Positions 1 through 8,665 are shown, numbered from the stretch's first letter. The stretch is 36,968 bases of DNA from Ignisphaera sp. (GCA_038889075.1 JAWAHS010000015.1:1-36968), one strand, 5' to 3'. Notes: generated by a model not told the origin, from the letters alone. Program-made: numbers and translations.

Positions 1-812
1 GCATAGAGCTAGCTAGCAAGATAATGATGCCTATAGTGTATGTAATACTAATCGGTATAGCGATATACGTTCTTAGGCTACCAAAGGCATTGGATGGACT
101 AGCATTCTATCTGAAACCTGTATGGGAGAATGTAACCGGGTTTACAGTGCTAGCGGCAATGGGCCAAGTATTCTTTTCACTAGGGCTTGGCTCTACCTGG
201 ATCTTCATATACGGCTCGTATATGTCTAAGACTCAGAGAACTGTGCGAAGCGCTTTCTACACGGCTATTGGCGATACAATGGCCTCGTTCATAGCTGGCT
301 TAGCCATACTGCCACTTGTATTTGTCTTTGGGATAGATCCGCAAAGCGGTCCACCACTAATGTTCATTACACTACCAGAGATCTTCAGACATCTATCTGG
401 GGGAATGGCGATATCCACGCTATTCTTTACAGCACTACTATTTGCTGCTCTACTATCTGCTGTCCCAGGTTTTGAGATATTCGTTGATGCAATGGATAGG
501 TTTGGGATATCGAGGAAGAGGGCTGTACTCATCATGGGATTGATAGAGGTGCTACTAGGTATACCCTCAATGCTTAGCATAGACATACTGCTATACAACG
601 ACCTCTTCTGGGGTAGTACAATGCTACCCATAGCCTCACTATTCTCCATAGTAGCATTCGGCTGGTTCGTAAATAAAAAGATAGTGTTGGATGAACTAGG
701 GCTGCATAGGGAATCGACTCCATGGAAAATAATGTACCTCTGGGCAAAAATAGCTATGCCTATACTGGTGATAATGATACTGGCCTACGGATGGATAACA
801 TGGTTTAGCTAA
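1..812 (+). CDS. Sodium-dependent transporter, NSS/SNF family (5'-truncated by window edge)
   Basis: The frame is open from base 3 (IELASKIMMP). Motifs AMGQVFFSLGLG, YGSY and GPPLMFITLP plus many transmembrane segments are typical of NSS transporters. Confidence 0.9.
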   Translation, partial: IELASKIMMPIVYVILIGIAIYVLRLPKALDGLAFYLKPVWENVTGFTVLAAMGQVFFSLGLGSTWIFIYGSYMSKTQRTVRSAFYTAIGDTMASFIAGLAILPLVFVFGIDPQSGPPLMFITLPEIFRHLSGGMAISTLFFTALLFAALLSAVPGFEIFVDAMDRFGISRKRAVLIMGLIEVLLGIPSMLSIDILLYNDLFWGSTMLPIASLFSIVAFGWFVNKKIVLDELGLHRESTPWKIMYLWAKIAMPILVIMILAYGWITWFS

Positions 813-826
813 AGAAGGGATGTACA

Positions 827-1120
827 ATGAAGTCCCTGTTGATTAGAGTTAAAGAGATTAGAGGGGTATGTACAAACCACGTTGTAGGAGACTGCTTTAG
901 GGTAGATGGCGGCAGACTAAGTTTTCCAGGGAGAAACAAACATGTATGTATATATGCACTATCAAGCCTACTCCCCCTGATACCAGCTAAGCAGAGAAAT
1001 ATTGTAGAGGAAAACGATTGGCTACCTAGAACAAAACTGGTTCAGTGCCCCAATCCGAATGGGATAGTTATATGGGAGATAGTGGAGTTGAGAGAATCTA
1101 CACAGAAAGAAGCTGAGTAA
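827..1120 (+). CDS. TIGR04076-family small Cys-containing protein
   Basis: Pattern V.EIRG.C...VGD.F ... C..AL..LLP ... QCP.P. Starts 14 bp after the transporter stop codon. Confidence 0.75.
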   Translation: MKSLLIRVKEIRGVCTNHVVGDCFRVDGGRLSFPGRNKHVCIYALSSLLPLIPAKQRNIVEENDWLPRTKLVQCPNPNGIVIWEIVELRESTQKEAE

Positions 1121-1184
1121 CATATTTTTAAACAATAAAAATATGCTGTAAACTAGGGCTGTTTTCTTCTTGATGTTTTTAGGA

Positions 1185-1200
1185 AATGCTTATAAGCATT
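1185..1200. promoter_or_regulatory. Perfect 16-bp palindrome AATGCTTATAAGCATT containing a TATA box (TTATAA), preceded by purine-rich BRE-like AGGAA
   Basis: Read directly. It lies about 25-30 nt upstream of the first stem at 1223. Confidence 0.6.
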
Positions 1201-1220
1201 GTTTTTGTTCTATGTTTATT

Positions 1221-1405
1221 GGAAGCCCTGGGTGGTGATGGGAGTGATGCTCCAAGCCATCCAGGGCTTGAGCTAGATGGGAGCCCCGTGCCATTGGGCT
1301 CAACAGCCACCCATGAACCCATACAGATACCAATATCTGTATGGATGAGGTGGAAGTCCCTGGATACAAAAGAACATAAACAAACAAAAATAAATATCCA
1401 GGGAC
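1221..1405 (+). ncRNA. Candidate structured ncRNA (omegaRNA/reRNA-like)
   Basis: Stems: 1223-1235/1257-1269 (13 bp, one G-U), 1281-1286/1296-1301 (6 bp), 1319-1329/1334-1344 (11 bp perfect), 1356-1366/1395-1405 (11 bp perfect). Alternative pairing 1259-1269/1354-1365. Confidence 0.55.
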
Positions 1406-1564
1406 AAACGGTTAGTAGAGTATACTTGGAAGTAAAAATTGCCAGCAGCATTTAACTACCTTGTGTTCTCCATCTTTTTTATCGAACCCTGCACTACTAT
1501 AACTCGATAAGAATATAGCTAGGTCCCGTACTGCCAGAGTTTTATATATACAACTTTACAACCT

Positions 1565-1600
1565 GAAAGCCTCGCACTTTAGGGCGGAGGAGGAGGTCGG
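1565..1600 (+). repeat. Short IS200/IS605 right-end-like palindrome (AAGCCTCGCACTTTAGGGCGGAGGAGGAGGTC)
   Basis: Imperfect hairpin around CTTTAG followed by GGAGGAGGTC. Degenerate relatives occur at about 32173 and 34607. Confidence 0.55.
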
Positions 1601-1689
1601 GACACCCACTAAACTACCACCGGATGGCGGTAGCTCTATCTTCTGTTCATAGATTGGCATCGGGATTTTAAATGGATATAAGTAGAATG

Positions 1690-2475
1690 TTATTTCAATC
1701 CTGTGTGTATATATGCTACTCCAACTAGTATCGCTATGCAGGCCATTAGTATTTGAATGGCTGTACCATGTTTTGATGATATCTTTATCAGTAGACCTAT
1801 TGTTACAAGCCCTATAACTGCCGATGTTAATAGTGTTAGAGCAAAGCTCTCTATGTCTAGCATAGAGAGTTCGTTTCCGGAGAATATTAGTGCTACTGCC
1901 GTTGCTCCTATGTTTGCTGGTATGGATGCTAGAAAGCTGAGCTTTAGTGAATCCTCTATGCTGTACCCTAGATAGAGTAGAGCTGATACTGTTATACCCG
2001 ATCTGCTAACCCCTGGTAGAACGGATAGCGCCTGTACCAATCCAAACACCACTGCATCGTATAGTGTTGCACTCTCCATATCTCTAGACCTATCTCTACC
2101 AATAAATCTTCTAACCACTATCTGTATCAGTAGAAGAGCTCCTATCAACAGGGCAGAGCCTCCCAAATCAAGCTCCCGAATCAGATACCTATTGATAAAC
2201 AGGTAGAGAGGAGTAGCTATAGCACCTGTTATAGCTGTTGCTACCACCAGAAAGTGGAACAGACCTCTATATCTAAAAACCATGAGGTATCTATGGAAGT
2301 AGAGAGCTGCTGCAGCCACAGTACCTCCCTGAAGCGCTATAGCTACTGAATAGGACTGCTGAAGCGTATAGCCAAGGAGCAGTGTTGAGAGAAGCATCAG
2401 TATAGACTTGCTTGAAACTGGAAGCCATTCAAAGAGACCCTGTACAACCCCTAGGGCTACTACTTCCCATTTCAT
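1690..2475 (-). CDS. uppP: Undecaprenyl-diphosphate phosphatase (BacA/UppP family)
   Basis: Motifs QGLFEWLPVSS and QALSVLPGVSRSG.T. The start is more likely ATG at 2475 (MKWEVV) than 2502. Confidence 0.9.
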   Translation of the reverse strand: MKWEVVALGVVQGLFEWLPVSSKSILMLLSTLLLGYTLQQSYSVAIALQGGTVAAAALYFHRYLMVFRYRGLFHFLVVATAITGAIATPLYLFINRYLIRELDLGGSALLIGALLLIQIVVRRFIGRDRSRDMESATLYDAVVFGLVQALSVLPGVSRSGITVSALLYLGYSIEDSLKLSFLASIPANIGATAVALIFSGNELSMLDIESFALTLLTSAVIGLVTIGLLIKISSKHGTAIQILMACIAILVGVAYIHTGLK

Positions 2476-2568
2476 ATACAGCACCAATAGGATATGCAAC
2501 ACATCCGTTTATAGACCATCAATATTTATATACTTTTCCCTAACCTTATACAAGGGGATACGGTAGCC

Positions 2569-2862
2569 ATGCAGAGAGATCAGTTAATCGGCACGCTACT
2601 AGTTGTAGTCTCAATTATAGCTGTGGCTGTATACCTCTGGCTATTATTTATTCCACCAATAGCTGGTGTGGACATCATATTAATAAAGATCACTGCTGCT
2701 GTGGCAATAGTTGCCATCTTCGGCATCCTGGGATGGATAGGCTATACACTTGCTACAACACCACCGCCAAAGCCTATAGAGGAGATTGAAAAGGAGATTG
2801 AGGAAGAGCTTAAGAAGTTAGAGAAGGAAACGGCTGCACTCCAGCAGCAACCAAAGCAGTAG
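2569..2862 (+). CDS. Conserved archaeal two-TM membrane protein with a PPPKP linker and acidic coiled-coil tail (DPM2-like by eye)
   Basis: Two hydrophobic helices followed by WIGYTLATTPPPKPIEE. TATA-like TTTTATATA upstream at about 2525. Confidence 0.8.
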   Translation: MQRDQLIGTLLVVVSIIAVAVYLWLLFIPPIAGVDIILIKITAAVAIVAIFGILGWIGYTLATTPPPKPIEEIEKEIEEELKKLEKETAALQQQPKQ

Positions 2863-2964
2863 TCCTCGATAGCTACTAGATGGCTAGAGCGTGTTCCTAG
2901 CTTTAACTACCTTTTTTGCAGTATAGGTGTTTAGATAGCTACGGTGTTTTGCTGGTGTTTTTGT

Positions 2965-4095
2965 TTGGGGAGGATACTCAGCCTTGTTGAGCATAGGGAG
3001 AGGGTTAGGAGGGAGTTGGAGGGCTCCCTTTCTACAGATGTTATTGGGAGAGCGAGGAGGGATTTCCATAGCTTTAGAGCTCCTAGACCATGTGGAATGA
3101 CTATACATACAGGTGTTGGCTGTAGCAATAGGTGTGCATACTGCTACATCTATGATATGGGGTTTCCAGGTAGTGTAGAGGTGTATCCCCTACCTGCTGA
3201 GGGTATTGTATACGCACTTTCCCTCAATCCATATATAGCACCTACAGCAACTCTAGCTGCATATGGTTCTGTTACGGAGCCCTTTAACCCTGTGACGAGA
3301 GACTTCTCTCTAAAGCTTATGGAGCTTGTCTATAGGTATCTCAAACTGCCGAGCCAGGTATCGACAAAGAGTATCCTGGATGGAGATGTGGTTAGCCGTA
3401 TCATTGATGCCGATGCTAGATGTAGTGTACTTGTAACCGTTGTGGCAATAGATCGTGCAAAGATTCTAGAACCCTATGCCCCAGATCCTGTTGACAGGAT
3501 TACATATGCTGGACATGCGTCTAGATACCTTCACACCTCCCTATTTATCAGACCTGTAATACCAGGTGTAACGGATGCTGAAATAGATAGGATACTAAAG
3601 CTGGCGGTAGAGTATGGTATTAGACGTATTGTTATAGGTGCTCTTCGGGTAACCGAAGGTATACTCACTAGGATACGGAATATCGACCATCTACTGTATA
3701 GAGAGATTGTCAGTAGACTACCTAGGGAGCCAAGAGGTAGGGAGCAGATCGCTATAAGGGTGGATGATGTGAAGAAGGTGATTGTTAGAAAGGCTAGGGA
3801 GCACCAGGTAAAGGTATACACCTCAGCATGCCAGGCAAATATAGATGCCCACGGAGAATTCTGTAATATGTGTAGCAGGGGTCCCTGTGGCAATATACAT
3901 AGAATTGAGGCTATAGACGAGAGCGATATCGCTGAATTTCTAGAATATATGGGCACTAGACCTAGAGAGATCACAGTATCTAGAAACTGTATAGCTATAG
4001 AAGTTGAAAGTAGAATACGTAGAGAAAAGCTAGACCATATAAAGAGATTCCTCGAACAGGTACTAAGAACCGTAGTAAAAATAAGAAGCATTTAA
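2965..4095 (+). CDS. Radical SAM protein (spore-photoproduct-lyase-like archaeal subgroup)
   Basis: CSNRCAYC is the CxxxCxxC motif. Also GSVTEPF, QVSTK, FIRPVIPG and a C-terminal Cys cluster (SAC...FCNMC..GPCG). TTG start at 2965 after GGTG. Confidence 0.85.
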   Translation: MGRILSLVEHRERVRRELEGSLSTDVIGRARRDFHSFRAPRPCGMTIHTGVGCSNRCAYCYIYDMGFPGSVEVYPLPAEGIVYALSLNPYIAPTATLAAYGSVTEPFNPVTRDFSLKLMELVYRYLKLPSQVSTKSILDGDVVSRIIDADARCSVLVTVVAIDRAKILEPYAPDPVDRITYAGHASRYLHTSLFIRPVIPGVTDAEIDRILKLAVEYGIRRIVIGALRVTEGILTRIRNIDHLLYREIVSRLPREPRGREQIAIRVDDVKKVIVRKAREHQVKVYTSACQANIDAHGEFCNMCSRGPCGNIHRIEAIDESDIAEFLEYMGTRPREITVSRNCIAIEVESRIRREKLDHIKRFLEQVLRTVVKIRSI

Positions 4096-4373
4096 TATAC
4101 CCTGGGAAAGTAGCCACCGGTACACCACCTATGGATAGAGCTACTAATACCGCTTCTCGGTAGACGGAGTCCTACCTATCAAAACTTTTAAATACATTGT
4201 TTAATCATCTATGTATCTATTAGAGATTTTGGCGGGATACACCTCCTATAACGGAATACCATTCTCTATACTCTGATCATTTTATTTTTTGTCAGTCTAA
4301 TCTGTTCTATAAAGTTTAAAATAGTGCTGGCTATTATGATGCTAGTGGGTAGGGAATTCGGTGGTGGAGATAT

Positions 4374-4999
4374 ATGGCACAACAACAAAAAATGGAGATA
4401 AAAGAGGCCACAAAGGAGGTTAGCGGTGCAATTGCTAAGGTGATAGTGTATGTGGTTCTCTATGTACTTGTTGGTGCTGTAGTGAAGTATCTATTCGTAT
4501 CGTTCTTCCCATCATTTGGAATTCACATTAGTGAATACGAAGTATATGTACAGATATTGCTTGCAGTAGCTTTTGGATACCTAATAGTCTCAGGTATAGC
4601 AGAGGTATTCTACGCATCGCTAAGACCAAAATATGGACATCCAACAGCTGCTGCCATGAGAAACGTTATAAAAATTGTTGGTATAGGAGCTCTAGCTGCA
4701 GCTATTGCCGGTGCTATAGCTGGTGGAGCTGCAGGGTTGCCCTAGGAGGCTTTATAGGTATTGTAATAGGTTTTGCCTCACAGCAGGTTTTGGGACATGC
4801 TGTTGCCGGTCTATTTCTACTAATAGCTAGACCATTTAAAATCGGTGATAGTGTTATAATTGTGGGTGAGGATGGAGAAGTTGAGGATGTAGCAACACTA
4901 TTTACGACCGTTGCGAAGGCTGATGGGATACGTGTACTGATTCCAAATGGCAGTGTTATTGGCAGTAAGATATATCTAAAGCCAAAGAAGCAGAGCTAG
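4374..4999 (+). pseudogene. mscS: Small mechanosensitive channel MscS, split by a single-base frameshift at about 4734-4736
   Basis: Adding one G (GCA GGG GTT GCC CTA GGA GGC TTT ATA GGT) joins the two ORFs as AGGAAGVALGGFIGIVIGFASQQVLGHAVAGLFLLIARPFKIGD...IPN. Confidence 0.85.
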
Positions 5000-5271
5000 T
5001 AATGATACGGGATCTAAAATCGGAACGCAGATAGCCCTAAGTAGAGAATAATAAACTAAATATTTTTATCTCTACCTCTGTTTCACTTATACAATCCACC
5101 TCCATGTCTACCGAAGTCTCTTCTACTACAATACACCATATAGGGATTGTTCCAATATAAACTACTCCATCGAATTCTAATTACTACAGAATCTAAGAGG
5201 AGCGCCATCTCCATACCATTCATGGATATTTTTATAGTCTCTCTATAGCTATCCAACTAAGGTTTTGAACA

Positions 5272-6384
5272 GTGGACCTATTTGATAGATATCCATGTGG
5301 ATGTGATATTGATATTAGAGCTGGTGAGGCTCAGAATATTAGGTCGGAGCTTGTAGCGCGATTAAAGAGCATACTATCTGGCCAGGGTCTACGAAAGCCT
5401 ACTATTAACGATATCTTTCACCGTGTAGGCTACATCTCTCCAGATGGTGTTAGAGTTGTAGATTATTTGCGGAGAAAACCTGTAGCTATCTTCAATCCTG
5501 GAGCTGCTACTAGTGGTTCAAAGCTGTGGATTTTTCCACGAATGGTATTTGACTACTATTGGTATGTTTCTAGCATTGGATTCTTTGAGGTGGATATCGA
5601 TAGCATTCTACAGGGTGGTGTTAGTGATCCTATTGATGTAAGGCTTATTGTAACACCTAGCGAGAGTTGGGAGATCTACAAGGGATGTGAGGATCCCAGG
5701 GTTAGCATCCATAACGATATGCTGTACATCCTATATACTGCTGTAGGTATTGATCAGAGGAGCTCTATTATAATTAGACAAGCGCTAGCCCTTCTAAAAA
5801 ACAGCAATTTTGAGGTTGTTAGAAAGCAGTGCTTTGCCATATGCGTAGATGGGGTAAGGTACAGGACGTTTTGGAAGGATAGCGCCATATTATCTCTAGA
5901 GAATTCGAGTGTATACATGCTGACAAGGCCATCGATACCGATGGGCGACACCTATGTGGATGTAAACTGGTTTGGGGTAGGGGATATAGAGACCGGCTGT
6001 TTCGATCTAGAATCGCTAAACCCTGTCATGGGATTTGAAAAGGAGTTTGAATACAAAGTTGGGTGGAGTACAAATACACTGAGGATCTCATCCAATGAGT
6101 ATATTGTAGGGTGGCATGCTGTAGGGATAGACAATATATATAGAAATGGTATTGCAGTTATCTCTAGAGATGGTGAACTTCTAGGTGTATCAGACTACCT
6201 CCTAGCACCTAGAAGAAACGCTACAGAGTTCTACGGAGATAGACCAGGTGTTGTATTCGGAAATGGTTTAATAGAGTATAGAGACTTTATAATTTGGATA
6301 GGAGGCGTCTCAGACTACAGTATAGGGATCTTTAAAACTGAAAAGAATAGAATATTCGAGGAAATCAGATGGGTAAAGGGATAG
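5272..6384 (+). CDS. GH130 / PH1107-like glycosidase or beta-mannoside phosphorylase (beta-propeller)
   Basis: Motifs FNPGA, GCEDPRV, LYTA, KD, LTRP, VVFGNG and GG.SD. Confidence 0.85.
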   Translation: MDLFDRYPCGCDIDIRAGEAQNIRSELVARLKSILSGQGLRKPTINDIFHRVGYISPDGVRVVDYLRRKPVAIFNPGAATSGSKLWIFPRMVFDYYWYVSSIGFFEVDIDSILQGGVSDPIDVRLIVTPSESWEIYKGCEDPRVSIHNDMLYILYTAVGIDQRSSIIIRQALALLKNSNFEVVRKQCFAICVDGVRYRTFWKDSAILSLENSSVYMLTRPSIPMGDTYVDVNWFGVGDIETGCFDLESLNPVMGFEKEFEYKVGWSTNTLRISSNEYIVGWHAVGIDNIYRNGIAVISRDGELLGVSDYLLAPRRNATEFYGDRPGVVFGNGLIEYRDFIIWIGGVSDYSIGIFKTEKNRIFEEIRWVKG

Positions 6385-6475
6385 ATACTGCAAAAGGATT
6401 AGAGGGTGAATACATTAAAAATGGTAAATATAGAATAAAAATAGTTGGTATAGTGAGGCATTCTATTTAGAGTAG

Positions 6476-8665
6476 CTATCTTCTCTTTATAAACCAACCA
6501 ATTGCTATTCCAACTATTAGCAGTACCACTGCCAGCGCTATTGCTGTTGTCCATTCTGTAACAGTCTGTGTAACCGTTGTCGTAACGGTTACAGTTGTTG
6601 GAGATACTACCGTTGTTGTGACAGTTACTGTTGGAGCTGGTGTTGGCGTTGGTGTTGGCATTGGGGTTGGTGTTGGTGTGGGTGTTGGTGTTGGCGTAGG
6701 TGTTGGTGCTTTTGCTGGTCTTATCTGCATTAGCTGTATTTTGAATGGACAGCACCAGAACATTGGATTGACGCCGGGGTTCTCTGATGATGGCCATCCA
6801 ACCCAGTAATCTGTTACATAGAATAGTAGCTTCTTACAGTCGCCTGCAATCATGTCAACCATATTGGTTATTAGATGTTTCTGAATCTCCAATATCAGCT
6901 TCTCGGACTCTGGTGTACCTGGCAGTGTTGCCAGAGCCTTTAGTATAAGTTCATCAAGTTCAGGATTGCAGTATCTTGTCGGATTTGGACTGTATTCACC
7001 TACAGGCTTTACATAATCGCATCTCAGGCTCGCTACATTCATTGGAATAGCATTGGGATCTCCAGCCCAGGCATATCCACCCCAGTACGAACCCACCTCA
7101 AAGTAGCCGTATTGCCACTCCCTCCAGAACGGTGTTGACTCTAGAGTTACTATCTCTACATCTATCCCAAACTCCTTCCATGCTGCAGCAACACCATGTC
7201 CTAATCTAATTGAATCTACCTCGTATGTTGGTACATTCAGCTTTATCTTCCACGGCTTTCCATCTGGAAGCCTCCACATACCATCAGGACCTTTGGTAAA
7301 GCCTACATTCCTAAGAAGCTTTTCAGCAACATCGGGAGCGTACTTCCACCAACCAACACCCCATGTAACCCTTATCCTCTCCGGAGGCCACTCGGTCTTT
7401 ATATATCCCTTTGCCTTAGCCCAGTTGTATATTCTCATTGGAATGTCGGGATCGAATGGATAGAACTTTGTTCCATCTGGTAGAGTTAGGTAGAACTCCT
7501 TTAGCCAGGGTAGTAGAGCTTCAGACCACTTAAGATCTGAGAATAGTGAGGCTGCAGCAGGTACTGCTACTAGACGCTGTATACCCTCCCAGGACTCGAC
7601 CATAACCTTCGTTATGTTTACTGCTAGGGTTAGTGCCCATCTAACCTCCGTTAGATTGTATGGATACTTTGCCTTGTTAAAGTATATACCTCTTACGGTT
7701 GGGTCGTGGCCCCAGAAATACGGCCACTCAGGTTGCCAAGCCCTTATTCTACCTCCCATCGATGCGAGTACGGCTCTAAATGCCTCTGGAGATGGGTCGA
7801 ACATCGTATCCAGCTCCCCAGCATATAGAGCCATGAGCTTAGCCTGCTCATTTATAAATCCTCTCATGAGTACCCACTCCGGTCCTCCTGGCCAGTTGAA
7901 TCTCTTTACAATATGGCCCATACTACTTCTTAGATAGTCGTCCCTTCTCTTGAATAGGAACCACATGCCACCAGGATCGTATGAATGGAGTACGTAGGGA
8001 CCTATGCATATCGGTGGATAGAACTTATCTGTATGGATATTCTCTATACCGATCTTCTCAAAGTAGTGTGCTGGCATCATGTATATAGCTCCCCATGTCT
8101 GAATTGTAAATGCGTAGTGGAAGTATGGATTGGGACTCTTGAGCTTAAATTCAACTGTATAGTCGTCTATAGCTCTTACACTCTCAACCCAGGTGGTTAT
8201 AGTTGCATGGCATCCCAGATTCGGATTTCCGGCACAGGCATTTACAGTAAATACAAGGTCTCTGGAGGTGAACTTCTCCCCATCACTCCAATAAACATCG
8301 TTTCTCAGCTTTACTATCATTGTCTTGAATTCGTCTCTATATTCTGGCAGCCCTGAAGCAAGGACATCAACTGAGAGTCCGCTTGATAGATTTGTATACC
8401 ACAGAGAATCTAGACAGAGTTGGTGGAAGTGTCCAACAGGTATGCCTGGAACCCATGCATTGAACTGATCCGGTGTTGGGGTACGTCCATGGATGATATC
8501 AAGTATTACAACATCCTCTCTCTTAACGCCTGGTGGAAGTGGTAGCTGTGCATTGACTGGGGAAATAATGGCTAGTGAGGATGATATTAGAATCGCTGTT
8601 ATGAATATTAGCGCTACTGCTCTAGTATATGGAGTACATGCTCCTATACCCAAATTCAGATACAC
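6476..8665 (-). CDS. ABC transporter substrate-binding protein, family 5 (Opp-type, probably oligosaccharide-binding)
   Basis: N-terminal signal peptide, WSDGEKFTSRDLVFT, GPY, VRWAL, a Pro/Thr linker and a C-terminal TM anchor ending KRR. Confidence 0.9.
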   Translation of the reverse strand: MYLNLGIGACTPYTRAVALIFITAILISSSLAIISPVNAQLPLPPGVKREDVVILDIIHGRTPTPDQFNAWVPGIPVGHFHQLCLDSLWYTNLSSGLSVDVLASGLPEYRDEFKTMIVKLRNDVYWSDGEKFTSRDLVFTVNACAGNPNLGCHATITTWVESVRAIDDYTVEFKLKSPNPYFHYAFTIQTWGAIYMMPAHYFEKIGIENIHTDKFYPPICIGPYVLHSYDPGGMWFLFKRRDDYLRSSMGHIVKRFNWPGGPEWVLMRGFINEQAKLMALYAGELDTMFDPSPEAFRAVLASMGGRIRAWQPEWPYFWGHDPTVRGIYFNKAKYPYNLTEVRWALTLAVNITKVMVESWEGIQRLVAVPAAASLFSDLKWSEALLPWLKEFYLTLPDGTKFYPFDPDIPMRIYNWAKAKGYIKTEWPPERIRVTWGVGWWKYAPDVAEKLLRNVGFTKGPDGMWRLPDGKPWKIKLNVPTYEVDSIRLGHGVAAAWKEFGIDVEIVTLESTPFWREWQYGYFEVGSYWGGYAWAGDPNAIPMNVASLRCDYVKPVGEYSPNPTRYCNPELDELILKALATLPGTPESEKLILEIQKHLITNMVDMIAGDCKKLLFYVTDYWVGWPSSENPGVNPMFWCCPFKIQLMQIRPAKAPTPTPTPTPTPTPTPMPTPTPTPAPTVTVTTTVVSPTTVTVTTTVTQTVTEWTTAIALAVVLLIVGIAIGWFIKRR
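6560..6710 (-). repeat. Coding low-complexity (PT)n/Thr-Val linker; GGTGTT-type hexamer tandem repeat on the + strand
   Basis: Encodes PTPTPTPTPTPTPTPMPTPTPTPAPTVTVTTTVV..TVTVTTTVT. Confidence 0.9.

Larger units (their letters stand above)
1153..1412 (+). mobile_element. Putative non-autonomous (internally deleted) IS200/IS605/TnpB-type element carrying a structured RNA; boundaries approximate
   Basis: GC-richer core in AT-rich flanks with several long stems. The residual frame DGSPVPLGSTATHEP..W.RWKSL resembles, from memory, the C-terminal tails of crenarchaeal TnpB-like proteins. No transposase or RuvC coding sequence is present. Confidence 0.55.

Noticed and set aside
1186-1455. ORFs of 65-90 aa on both strands over the structured element
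   Set aside because: The start codon of the + ORF lies inside the palindromic promoter. The region is better explained as a structured RNA or element remnant than as a protein gene.
5050-5220. Minus-strand fragment reading EFDGVVYIG...VVEETS
   Set aside because: Short, with no clear start and no family I can support.
6399-6809. Asn/Thr-rich and Gly/Val-rich ORFs
   Set aside because: Alternative-frame shadows of the Pro/Thr linker of the Opp SBP.
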